In this document: piece by piece, positions 23,727-36,192 of the stretch
How the letters are laid out: each line of letters begins with the position of its first letter
Numbering within the stretch: the first letter of the stretch is position 1
Source: Phoronis australis
Lineage: Eukaryota > Animalia > Phoronida
DNA: 64,000 nt
Assembly (NCBI GenBank): GCA_002633005.1
Contig: NMRA01000034.1
Coordinates: 1,015,766 to 1,079,765, forward strand
Reading direction: 5' to 3'
Position numbers and translations under genes: made by a program
Notes under the pieces: model-generated
What the model was told of the DNA's origin: nothing
What the model saw: only the letters and a program-made list of their open reading frames with translations
Database searches by the model: none

Positions 23727-23861
23727 CAGTGCTGTAGAGGTAAAAGTAGAGGTAAGTAGGAGCCGAAAGCTCACCGTATCACCTTGAGCACTGAACGTAA
23801 CTTACGGTGCCAAAAGGTGGTTGGCTGCGCCTACATGCGCCTACGCCCCACTACAACACTG
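23727..23861. mobile_element. 135-bp hAT-type MITE nested in Kolobok copy 1
   Basis: TIR CAGTGCTGTAG / CTACAACACTG; perfect 8-bp TSD ATAATAGT (23719-23726 and 23862-23869); absent from the equivalent site in copy 2. Confidence 0.9.
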
Positions 23862-24409
23862 ATAATAGTGATCCAAAGAAATAATGTGCACGTAATTATT
23901 TACGTGAATTAGCCACGAAACTGAAAATCTACTTAATAGTCGGGGGCCGCGAAGTCGCGTTCCCCTTCCACAGACCGTCATGATTTGAATAATGTATTTA
24001 TATTTCTAAATAAAGATTCCCCTAACATGTGCATATAAAATCGAGTAATTGTTTCGCAACAGGTTTCTTTCGCAGTGCGGGTTTATTCATTGCTGGCCGG
24101 GACTTCTCACTTTTTGCACTCACGAATTGGCCTACTGCAAAGGCATTACAAATTGTACCTAATGAGACAGACTTTGTTTCAGTTTTATATAAGCATTGGT
24201 TAGGATGAGAATAATTTATTTTGAAACAGAACGCAGAATACATGTCAAAAGTCGCCCGGCGCCAATCCTGACTTAGTCAAGAGCTCATCCGACGAAGACT
24301 CACGGGTCGGATCGTTCGGTTTCACAGGCTATCAGTACGAACCGGAATACATTGATCAAGAAATATAGCTAGAGAGATGCTGCGAACATGCACAGAGGTA
24401 TGGGAAGTT

Positions 24410-24650
24410 CTTTGGTAAGCCGGAATTCTTCAGAGAAAGCACTGTCGACGAAATGCCGGCCACAGACACGGAGATGTTTCACGGCCTGATACTTGCTATT
24501 AACAGCGTACCTTTCATTGTTAACTACTGCGAGCCACTTCCTAAGCATTTCGGGCTCTCGAGGAAGTCGAAAAAACGATATACCCGCTTTCTTCGCAGCT
24601 TCGTAGCTCGGCCGGACAAGCGGGAACGATGCACTGCAATATAGCGGCAT
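24410..24650 (-). pseudogene. THAP (C2CH) zinc-finger remnant of a transposase, frameshifted
   Basis: CIVPAC in one frame, GISFFRLP..PEMLRKWL...HLRVCGRHF in another. Confidence 0.85.
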
Positions 24651-25479
24651 TACTGAACACTGCAGACGAACCACTGACGTCGCTGCGTCGTTTCTCACCT
24701 TTCTCACAGGTTAACGCGACACCTCTCGGCAAGGTGAGGTCGACCGTATCAGAGGCGATGTGGATATAGACTGATTAAGGCGGTAAAAAAGACTAATTAA
24801 ATCGGGTGGCATTCTCATTTAACTCGAAACTGTAACCTCAAGTTAATTCAGATTTGAAATTGGGAGATCTTATTCCGTCCCATTCAAATAACTTAATTGT
24901 TGATGAACTTGTCGTGCCATACAATAAGCCGGGCATTATCAAGAGACCCATCCCCCAATTATTTAACATCATTTGGTTATAGAAATGTGCTGTTGACCGA
25001 TGAACCTCATTTCGGAGGAGGCTGGATTGACAGGTGCATTTCCGGTGGGGATATATCGAATGATAGTCTGATATTTAAAGTCCTGCTCTCAAACTGCCCA
25101 TGTGGTTCCAGTATCCGAAAATACTTACTACATAAATTCTTATTTTCGACACCCTTTCTTTATATTCTTTTCGCCTTTCTTGCCAAAAGCGATTTTTTAA
25201 CAGTATTTGACCCTTCTCTGTGAGCGTATAATTACCGGCTGTCATCGGTTATTTCCGTACCCACATTTCCAGCTCATCAGTTCAGGAACGCCGCCATTTT
25301 TTCCTTGTAACTGAATGTGCTACGGCTTGCTCGAAAAGTCTTCATTATTTTGTTTTATTAGTAATATCTCGTGATTCGTTTGCATAGGTAGTGTATTTAT
25401 AGTTTGTAGTTAGTGGTCGTTGATTTTTTTTTTGGAATGTTACGCGTTCTTATTATGTTAAAATAGCATTGGTGTTTAG

Positions 25480-28400
25480 TTCCTTACGTAGGCCTGTCGA
25501 ACCTAGGAACCAATATGGGTCGAACCAATTTTTTTTCGGTATTATTTTTTGTCTCGTTTTGAAAAAGTACTTTGCTATCATCGGAAAGGTAGTACATTCT
25601 ACTCAGTAAAAATCGAAAAAGTATCAAAATCAGGGCAAGCAGTGTAAAGTTATTGCACGTTTTGTGGCGAAATTTGGGTCACTGTTTGGATCGCGTCGGC
25701 CGTATTGGAGGACAGCGGGATAAGTTACGAGTTTAAAACTTTGTGAAAATTGTGTTCGCCAACAAATTAAGGTGAAATTTAGTTAGACATATCTTTACTT
25801 ACTATTCTGTACGATTTAACAGTGTTCACCAAATTTCAGCCTCGCAGTTGTTACTCATTAAGTGATAAATGTGCTCACAATTCCCGTTGGACTTCGTCTC
25901 ATTTTTGGCGGCACCGACAACATGGCGACTTTTGCTGAACTGAAAGGCATGTTTAATCGGCTACTTTGTAATTTGTGAAGATTTAACGTTGATAAATTTT
26001 GACAAACGTTGCTACAAAAAAGAAACTTTGTTCAATTTTCGTGTTTTTTGTGCAAAAAATAAGATATATTCGAATTGTTTTACTGTAAATTTCCCATTCA
26101 GGGATCTTACACAAAGCTTAAAAAATAGTTGAAATAATTTTGAAATGGTTTTTTGTTTGACTGTCAACTGCTGTTCAAGACTTGATTCGGTGTCACAAAA
26201 TGATTCATATTTTTCTAAATTTTAAATTTTAAGTTTCAATTGCTTTTAAGTCATGTTTTGTAACTTATTACTTCTTAATTCAGGTTATCAAGTCAACAAT
26301 ATGAATAATCTTAATTTGAGAAATAAGCTATGTTGGATTGTGAAGCTTCAAGCCTCTAATTCTTCTTCCTTGCAACTTCATATTTTTTAAATGATGCTTG
26401 TCAAATTTTGGTGTACATAAACACTATTCCGTCACCATGGTAATAGTTACATGTATGTCCACTTTCATATCATGGAAAATGTTGCTGTTGAATAGTGTTT
26501 GTAATGCTAAATGTTGTTAAGTATTGTGCATTTTAACTTACTTAGTTTGAATCATTTTGGGTTAATGAATAAAAAACGATAACATGTTGTATTGGACTTG
26601 TCATATGTGCTCGCACGAGCCCCTTTTTGGAGAACTGGAAAATGGTCTGCCTTAGTCACAGAAGCACGAATTCCGAAAAAAGTAGAAAATGAGACAATAT
26701 TCCACTAGAAAACAGGAAGTACCAAAATTTAGAGTCTGCAATTCATAGCTCTGAACATACCCACTGAATCTTATAGTAAAAGATAGACATTCCCAAAAAT
26801 TCCAGCCCCCCATTCTTTTAGGCAAAGTCTGGGAAAATCTCTATTGAAAGCCAACAGCTTTGCACAGTTCGCCAGAAGTACCCAAGTTCTAAATAAACCT
26901 CGTTTGAGCGAGCGCTGTGGCCAGCGACCAGTTAGGCCTAAGGGTAGCCTTGGCGTAAAGCTGTATATAGGCCTACTAACAATGTATTTTGACGATAGTC
27001 TTCACTGATATCTGGTGACTGAGGCAAACTAAGGTCTGCCACGGCAGTGTGACACAGGACTAACCAGCCCGTAATTTCATGCAAGTGTCTGAAACTACCC
27101 TTGAATATATGCAGCATTTATGATTTGACCATTTTACTTCGACAAAACAGCTTGCAACCGCATGCATTTACCGTTCGCCAGTGTCTGGTCTCGATCCGCA
27201 CCGGGTAGGCTGCGGTCCCGAGTCTGGCAAAATAATTTCTGTCAAAATTTATTCGCCACATTTCTTCAGCAAATTCGATAAAATTGTCCGTAGTTTGATT
27301 TTATTAAAATTAAGTTCAAAATGGCGGAGGTTCTTCTGGTGCGAATCGTGAGTGGCGCGTTCATTTAAACTTTTTTCGAGTACGAATTAGTTATGGGGTA
27401 GGTACTTCTTGGATCCTTATAACATCCTCTAACCATGTAATAAGGGTTAACAACGTGTGAGAGCAAGACTTTAAAAAGACGTCTGGTATATACCTACACA
27501 TAACAGCATTAATAATTCAGCCGACACGCTGCTATGATTTAAACGCTTTCATTGAATAATTTGTCTTGGAAATATATGAATTTCGTATTCCAGATGACAC
27601 GTCAAAGTGCACATGACAAATGTTCCATTAAAAACCCGATATCACCGAAAAAAAATTTATTATTTGACAATGGGGAGGGCGGTGTAACCTAAAGAGTAGT
27701 TCATTTGCAGTCAAAATCATCCACACGGAATCTCCGGGGGCACTCGATCATATCTTTATTATGAAATAAAGCACATAAACGAAATTATACATTGTATTAA
27801 CTCATGTTCACAGTCATACACATTCACCCTTTCAAGGGAACACTCACTTTTAATGACCCGTTTTGAGGCCACGAGAGACTCGAGCATTACAACCCATCGA
27901 GTGAATAACAGATGACTCAGGGCGAACATTTTCCAAGACTTAAAATGCTAGCCATCTTTTCATCATATGAATGAGTCATGACGAAATAATTTCTATTTTT
28001 CGTTTGGTATTGCTCATTCCGCCTCTGTCGTTCCGGTACAGCTTTCACAGCACAGTGCAAGATGGGATTAAGCAAAAATATTATAAGTGAGAAAATATTT
28101 ATTATGTAAGCGTCAAATTATCACTAACGAACAAACGACACTGAAGTTCACAAGATAATATAACAAAGGGAAACTCTGCGAGCACTGATAAGACAAAACA
28201 AGACACTGTTGAAAATTATTACAATAACAGCTATCATCATCACCATGTTCAACCATTTCTGCTTGTCCCGCCAAATTTAGAGACTGTTCAAGAAAATCAT
28301 TGTTCTTTAAAAAGTAGACTCAGCACTACCTAAATAAATGCCTCACTAAACTAGACGAAAATGGCGTTCCAGTTTAAAACCCGAGGTTTTGATCCCGCTT

Positions 28401-29100
28401 ATATTTGCAACAAAAATTACTCATCTGTATTATCAAAGACAATCAGATAGAATCAACAGTGTGAGAGACTTACACTGCTACCAATAATTTGAACAGGCAC
28501 CCGCCACGTTTTACTGAATCAAGTGACTCATTGTGTATGTTGTGTTGATAAAACCGCTGTTAACATAGACAGGGCCCTGACCTCTTCAAAAAGACATACT
28601 GTAGAAAAATCGATGTCCAATTTAATTTGTTTGCAGAATAAACCGGCAAGATTGTAAGCGAAATAAGTAGCTAATAATAATGCTACTGCACCAACAAATG
28701 ATGCAAACGTCCCTTCGACGACATTCTCTGCTGTCAAGAAGAAAAAGACAACGCCTACCTCATGCTGTCGCTGTGCCTTTCGGAACACCTCGGATGTTTT
28801 CGTAGCTTCCAAGTTTCTCCATAGCCTCGTTCCAAGATAGAGTTTTATGCCTAAATACAGCCCAGTTCCTGACTGTGTTGACTACCTTATTTGAAAAGCC
28901 TCCGAAGTTGACTACCTTGATAGGTGGTGATTCAGTTGCGAACTAACTCCACTGCACAAAGTGAAAGTGAGCAAGAAACAGTTCCTAATGAGGACGTCAA
29001 TACAGTCAGAAACCCGATTGTAATTTAAATTACACGAGCGGGGCTGCGTGCTTGGCTACCAGAACGTGCGCAAGCTGCTCCTTTTTCGTTACTTTAGCTT
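25480..29100. mobile_element. Mosaic of degraded DNA-transposon fragments; boundaries approximate
   Basis: Minus-strand remnant near 28640-28740 (NVVEGTFASFVGAVALLLATYFAYNL) resembles the C-terminal F..A...L.A.Y...NL segment of accessory ORFs of CMC/EnSpm-like transposons; no intact ORF or paired TIRs found. Confidence 0.3.
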
Positions 29101-31297
29101 GCGTATACCGGTGGCTTGGGATTCTAAATAAGGGTAGAAATCTTTGTTTCCGAAGTTGCAAAAACAGAAGACAAACAAAGTAGTTTTGAGATGTCGGATA
29201 GCTTTTTAGAAATGTAAAAATAGGAATTATTGCAAGTGACGCACTAAAATGATGGAAATTGTTTAAAGAAAATTTTAGTATACGACATGAGATTGTTTCT
29301 TTGTTAATGTTGAAGAAAAATGGTAAAATGTTGAAGTTGCTTTTTGAGAAGTTTAAGCAAGACAAGATTCAATGAGCTTGGTTTCATCTCGTGTGATTGC
29401 CAATCACGTCGAAACAGGTAAGGTACAAAGATTTTTCGAAATTGCTAGTTATCCAACAGTCAGCGGTCTTAGAGAATGTTATTAAATCAGCGTTGACTCA
29501 ATTTGTCAATAACTCCAATGTTCTGAGTTCGACATACCTATTTTAAACAAAAATCCATTTGCATACAATATGATGTGGCGGAAAAGCACAATTGGCTTCT
29601 CCCCCATTTAGAGCGTGGACTCGAAAAGAGACCCATTTCTTTTGCAAGAAACCTCCATGATAAAGTCACTTTTTCGTAGAACTCCATAAACACGTTCCTT
29701 TTGTACAGATTGATTCTATAGAAGTAAGGCAGTCCTTTGCTGTGGGGAACCTTTAAGCCTGAAACAATACGAGAGGAGACGCCATATTGTAAAAATGAGT
29801 ACTACACTCCTTGGTGCAGCCTTTGAAGCAAAAGTTTTAAAAGTGCAGATAATGTTGGTGTAAGTTTGCAGCAAGAATCTACCTAAACCACTTTTGTGTT
29901 ATATAGCACTTGCGATAAAGTAAAGTTAATGTTAAAGACCGTTTTGCAGATATTAGTAGAAAATTTTGTTGGGTTTTGAACTCCTGATAATTATGAATCT
30001 TTCGTAGGGCAATTTGTCGGGAAAGGTGTCCTTTCGTAGGAAAATTGGTGGTGAAAAAATTACCCATTTGAGCGCCCCCCCCNCCCCCCCCCCCCCGTCG
30101 TATACCTCTAGTATGGGAGCAGCTCCCTCAGCTGGTCCAATGCCTTGGAGAACAAAATCTCATTTGTGTCTGTTCACCGAGTAGGCTGGATCACTGCCGA
30201 AACCATATGATTCAAATGTTTGCAAGGGCTGTCATTTTCAATCACTGTCTAGGGTTGTGTGGTATGATTTTAGGGTGCATGGCGTAGCCACTTGTTTTAA
30301 CGTTGCAATCAATTTGACAAGAAAATTACTTTTAAGTAACACCTAGCACACTGACAGATCTAGAATATAACGATCGAGGAGACCCGGCCCCCAGCCGACT
30401 GTTAAAGTCCAAAGAAAAGACTTTCGCGATTGTACCGGCCTGTAGTCAAAGGGCCGGGCGGGCCTCNNNNNNNNNNNNNNNNNNNNNNNNNNNNNNNNNN
30501 NNNNNNNNNNNNNNNNAAGTGACCTGAAAGAGCCGTGGGCCATAGGAAAGCCTGTTGTCGAGGGCGATAGAGTGTCGACGTAGTCCCAGATGGAAGCGAG
30601 AGGAGGGGATACTGGCGTCGGTCAAAGGCTTCAGTGAAAATGGACGATAATAGAAGGAGTGAGGCCAGATTCGTGTGTCGACCGAGGTGAGGGGGCGAGG
30701 TGAGGGGCTGGGGTTAGGAATGCATTCACACTTGTTTTGCCCTCCCCTTCCCTGCTTTTCTACGCCTGTGTGACCTAAAAATCCGCCAACGAGATATGTG
30801 TTGGATGGTCCAGCACTGGAGGAGAGGTCCATGAAAAAAAGATATGGGCAATAGTTTTAACTCTGCCTCGGAGTGGCGGCGTCTGTTTGGCGGCGCCCGT
30901 CAGAGAACGGACACCCGCTTCCAAACTAGTCAGTGGCTCAGTGGCCATGCAGCCTCAGGATTCTGACAGTACAGAATTGGCCGAGCAATGGTCGTCGATC
31001 AGATACGAGTAGTAACTTGCACAGAAGTTGTCGAGCAGTGAATTTCGGATACCTGGCGAGTATTAGCCAAGGACGTTCGTGAAACAATAGTTAAACGAGC
31101 TTTCAAAGAGGTAGGTACTACTATGACTATCGCGCGACTGGAGGACTCTTGTTAATGAAACACTTTGTGCAGTGACTCGACAAAACATTCATCAATCTAC
31201 AGAAGCCGCGCGTCGAAAATATCGTTGGGAGCCTCATCGATTTATTTATATACCTTGGAAATGCCCTCATGCAGGCTGAAGTCCTTCAGTAGGCAGT

Positions 31298-31664
31298 ATG
31301 CACGCGGCGCAGAAGTGGACATCTGTGTACGTTGTACCGGCATTGCTGGTGCTTGCGGGATTCCTGCCTGGCTCAACGTCTACCATCAGCGAACTTCCAG
31401 ACGCCAATAACTCTACCAAGTGCAGTGAAGACAATCCGAACTGTGCTTCCAGCAAAATGGCCGAGGTGGCTGAATTGGAGAAATTGTTTCATATTGAACA
31501 GATAAAACAAAAGATACTGCATAAGCTTGGACTGCAAGAGCCACCTAAGGATTCGGTAAAAAATGTACCGGCGGAGGTACTGAACGAAGCCCTGAAGGAG
31601 ATTAAATTCAAACACAAAAAAGTAACATCGCATTTGAAAAAATACATAAGTTTTTCGGAGAAAG
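31298..31664 (+). CDS. First coding exon of a TGF-beta superfamily ligand, activin/inhibin-beta-like (signal peptide plus prodomain N-terminus); remainder not found in the window
   Basis: Hydrophobic signal VYVVPALLVLAGFLPGSTS, Cys pair (CSEDNPNC), prodomain alpha-1 motif HIEQIKQKILHKLGLQEPP, and YISFSEK followed by a consensus phase-1 donor AAG|GTAAGT. This matches the II(S/T)FAE motif and intron position I recall for vertebrate INHBA/INHBB. Confidence 0.85.
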
Positions 31665-34600
31665 GTAAGTTCATTTCGATATTTCTTGCAATAGTCTAAT
31701 TTATTATGTATCAACACTCTAAGAAAGAAGTGTCACCGGTGAGCGTCTGTTCTCATATACTACGTTGACAGGGTCGGCGTGCCACCGTAGTATCGCCAGG
31801 TCAATCGCCTATGCCCGGCATTTACGATGATCAGGGACGGCAATACCGGTTCTAACGTACTTATAAGGCTTTTGTTACAACTCGCATGTATCAAGGGTTT
31901 GTCGCGGCGATAAACTTCGCCAGCGCCAAATTAGTATACGGGACAATTGGCGTTTACATAACTTTTTCCTGTGGGCATTTACACTCAGAGTTAGTGCACT
32001 CGGCCGTTTTGCCTCAAGGCCGTTGTCTGCTGACCTTTCAACGTACGCCGGTCTTGCATTGTGTCTGAATGTTATGGACATGCTACAATAGTAAGCATTA
32101 ATTCATGCCCTGCAAATTTCCGTGTTTGTAAAGGCAAGATACCGTTGACCTAGTTTAACGAGTGAAACATGTTTTCGTCTCTCCAAAGATGTTAGTAGTA
32201 TGTTAGAAATTATTTAGTGCGTAAATTGAGCGTGAAAAGGGATTGTCATCACAACATGGCGACACGATGTAACTTCACAACTACAAAACACATAAAGTAG
32301 TCATTACTTGTTTGAATTTTTGTCAAACTTCGTATGCGTCTGAAATATCACACTTTTAATTTGTAGAATTACTCTTCCTCAAACTGCTTAACAAACTAAA
32401 TGACACGAGTCCTGGTACTGATTTTGACAAGGTCAGGCGAAGTTAATTGTATTCTTTGTTCGTGGGATCCGTCAGTTGCTCTCAATGAGGAAAACGTAAA
32501 TTTGATTTGCCATGTCTGCGGTTTTCGATCGGCCCTAAAGTAAATGGATTTTCTTCACGTCTGGCATGCTTTATCGCTATCAAGCTTGAGGATTACCCTG
32601 ACATCGAATTACAAAAACTGGTCACGGTCTGCGCGATCCCATGTGGACAGCCCAGGCACACATTAAAAATTCGTAGCACGTGCTTTTTGGCACGTTTGCA
32701 CCCTTAGCTATCGTCGTTTGTTTGTGTCTGCAATGGTCGCCGATTCAAGGTTTCTTCTCTCCTCCTCTTCCAGCCAATTTCCACCGCCCGCAGTCGCAGA
32801 CAGTGGGTCGTAAAATTTTACGCTTCTAGCCGAGAAGTAGATGGCCACATCGTAAAAAAAAATTTAAAACGTAATATGAATGCTCATTTCTGACGACATG
32901 ACTGTATGTCCATAGAATAGAGGCTACTGGAGTAAAAGATGGTCACATCACGTGACCTAGTAATTAAACGTTGAGCACGCGCCCAGGACCTTTTGCAGCC
33001 AGCGCAGACGCTCTGGCCTAGTCCAGTGAGCCATCGGGAACACCGGTCAAGCCCAGAAATTCAATGGGACTTGTAAAGGAACCTACGCGTTTAACAGTGT
33101 CTGCTTGACCTCAAATTCAACCACGACATACATCTTCTATTTCACGCTAGATCTAGTGGTGTCTTGTTTCAAAACTTCAAGCGGTAATAAACCAGTGAAG
33201 AAACTAAATTTTTGTTTAGACTACTTACCGCTATATAATTGGTCTCAACTTGTTCCATACTAAGATGAGAAGACATTTTGGGCCTGCAAAGTTACGACAG
33301 TTTGTTATTCCTTGAGACTATGCTTGCCGCATGAGAGGACCGGTCTTTTGACAATTCAGCTTGTGGAACCTGGTCTCAAGCGCGAACGAACTATCAGTTC
33401 TTTCTAAGCTGAGAAGTCGTTTTGATTAAGGAAAAATTTGAGGTCTCATCAAAGTTCTTTTTTTGTGGTGGAAGGCGGGTTTATAACCATCATGTTCAAT
33501 TTTCGGGTACTTGCAATTCACTTGCTCAGGAAAACATTTCTTTTTACGAAGACCATGACCTAGGAATGCTTCCTGTCAGATGAACATATGAAACTTGCCT
33601 TCCCATTATAATTAATAAAATTTTGATTATGACGCATCAGACCGGGATATTTTTATTTATTTTACGCTTTCCGTTTCAAAATTAAGGTAGCAATTCATTG
33701 CGTAGGCAGTTTGTTTACCGGAAGTCATGTAATGCTGGTTCTCATCCATCAGTGTCTAAAATAAATTCACTCAAAAATTCTAGTACTGTATATTTTAAGG
33801 TCGTTGCCCTGTTCCAGATATTTAGGTGGTTTGCACGAGAAAAAACAACGTCCACTGAAAACTAGGGTAACGAAAAGATTATGAAGTCCGACTAACAATT
33901 ACAGAGAACCTTCGTCTTTCTGTTCCAAGTTCATGATTCACTTTCACTGTCTTTGTTCTTGGGAATCGTAACATTAGTTCCGTTAAAATAGACCTTAACT
34001 ACTTTGTCAGTATTGCCTAGCATGTCTAGCAAAACGACATCTTACAGAACTTGTAACGAACTAAGGATTTATGTACGCATCCTGTGGATTCACTATCGTT
34101 ACGTTTCCTGTCTTTGGTCTTTTCATTTCCTTTCTAAGAAATTGCGTAACAGGTCAACGCGATTGAGTGCTGTCAAAGACAGCACAGACACGTAGACATG
34201 CCTTCTCTTACCGCTCGGACTTATAAACGTCTGCATCTAACAAGCAACAGATTGGCATACACACAATGCTCTAATTGGACAAATTACTGGTTACTGAGTC
34301 CATAGATTGTACAGTATAGTGGATTATCCAACGATAGGGGTGACGTAATAATACAACTCAAAGTTCTCTGCAAGACCATGGGGACCTGTCGAAGCAATGC
34401 TAGTGTGGCTAAGGACAGTGTCCAGGGGTAGCCCTGAGTGAAAACACAATCAGCGTCAGACATCTTTCCAGGGCCGCTCTGATTTCGTGACGTAACTTCA
34501 TGCCCTGGAGCAATGCCTATTACATTGAATGTTCCAAGCCCCTGAGCTTGCATAGGCCCACTACATAAACAGGTTGCCGGCGGTTTTGCGGGGAGACTTC

Positions 34601-35167
34601 CGGAAGAGAGAATGCATTCCATGATAGAAATAGGAAAGACTGATGTTGAACGTCCGTCAGAGGAAACCAGAATGTTGAGTGTTTCATCGTGGGAGTGATC
34701 CGATTCAGCGATTCTGGGAGTGCTGATAGGTTTTAACTTCAGGATTACCACTAGGCTTTTTCGGCAGGTGGGTATTGACCCAGGGGTGGTGGGCTGCGGA
34801 ACTCTACACATAAGGGTTATTTTATCAGAAGCAGAAGTACACTCATAAATTAGGTGTTACGACATTGGCATATGAGTTGACAACGAGTAGGAACCATGTC
34901 CTCTATGCCGGAAAAAACAAATTCGTTTGACTTGTCGCAATTCATGTTTATGGTTTTGAAAAAAAAAGAATATATGCTTTGTCGCAATTCACTGCCAAAC
35001 TACTTTTATTCCAAAAAGACGGGGTATCGCCTTGCGGTACAAGCGAAGTCAATGAACAAACAAACTTTGCTCGTGAAATGCGTTTACACACAGAATGGAG
35101 AAGCTTTCTCGAAAAAATTAAACTTGTAACAGTTGTCCAGTTACTCAGCCACGTTGATCTAGAGGAG

Positions 35168-35502
35168 GAAGACTCATATCAACCTACAGACCAATTTCAA
35201 CACTGCCTGTTTTCCTCAAAAAACGAAACAAGGAATCCACATGCAAAAATTCACGTCATTTGCTCTTCCCATAAAAAATGCGACAGCAGAGCGATTGAAA
35301 CCGTGTGAACATGCCCCACAGCCGCCATCTTGAAGGTGACTTCCGGTTCAACAATTTTTTATAAAAGCTTATTAAACTCAACAAACACGTGACCAGTTTG
35401 AAAGTGATTGGTTTGCAATTGCGCCCTCTACAGGAGAAAACGAAGACTCATATCAACCTACAGACCAATTTCAACACTGCCTGTTTTCCTCAAAAAACGA
35501 AA
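35168..35502. repeat. Two identical 61-bp direct repeats (35168-35228, 35442-35502) around a 213-bp core
   Basis: GAAGACTCATATCAACCTACAGACCAATTTCAACACTGCCTGTTTTCCTCAAAAAACGAAA occurs twice. Confidence 0.9.
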
Positions 35503-36192
35503 AAATGTGCACCCGCAATTCTTTTCCCAGGCTACTTCTCTCATTCTTCTGTATAAACACTAATAAATGCGACTGTCGCCGTAAACACTCCACCGAACGT
35601 ACGTTCTTAGACCTCGTACTGATAAACTATTCAGCAACAACGTATCTCTACAAAATTCCGCCCTCATCATTTTTGTGACTCATCAAAAATCTTTGATACG
35701 GTTGATAACCACATACTACCACTCCGGCATCAAAAATGAATTCAACTGATTTAGAACGCTATACAGAAAATTGAACCATATCTAACTGCCTTGCATGGAA
35801 CTCTCGCAAATGAAATCCTTGCCATTTCTTCAACAGTTTCTGTATTTATATTTATATTTGAATTAACAGTCCATCTGAAGAACTTTTGCAAACATTTGTG
35901 CGCGTGCTTGTGTGTGTGGTGTGTTTGTTCATTTTAGTTTCTTGTTATCTGTTCTTGTGATTTGTATTACACATTAAAGAGACCCGGTACGCGATCAACA
36001 GGGTAAATTGCAATATTGAAAGTGGTTCTGTGCTACTGAAACAGAATTCAGCCTGCTCACAAGGTATTTTTAGGGTTTTTTCGTCAAGATTTACTGTTCA
36101 TATCAAAGAAATTTCTTTTAGTCTCAAATTTCAAAAAAAAAGATCTGTCAACTGCTCGCCACTTCGTCGATTTTTCTCCCACATGGCAAACC

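Larger units (their letters stand above)
23124..24818 (-). mobile_element. Non-autonomous Kolobok-type DNA transposon, copy 1 (left TIR not found)
   Basis: Colinear with 54535-56043; right end GGGTGGCATTCTCAT followed by TTAA; THAP remnant on minus strand and YQYEPEY remnant on plus strand. Confidence 0.78.

Noticed and set aside
24369-24707. Host THAP-domain transcription factor gene
   Set aside because: Frameshifted, truncated, duplicated at 55.7 kb and enclosed by transposon ends.
25260-25290. Hammerhead ribozyme on minus strand (CTGATGAG...GAAA)
   Set aside because: No room for stem II and no flanking stems; other CTGATGA hits (about 3568, 18285, 51494, 52292) also lack a paired GAAA.
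30875-30897. Canonical BMP response element (GRCGNC-N5-GTCT)
   Set aside because: Order and spacing do not fit the canonical element; kept only as loose Smad-type motifs.
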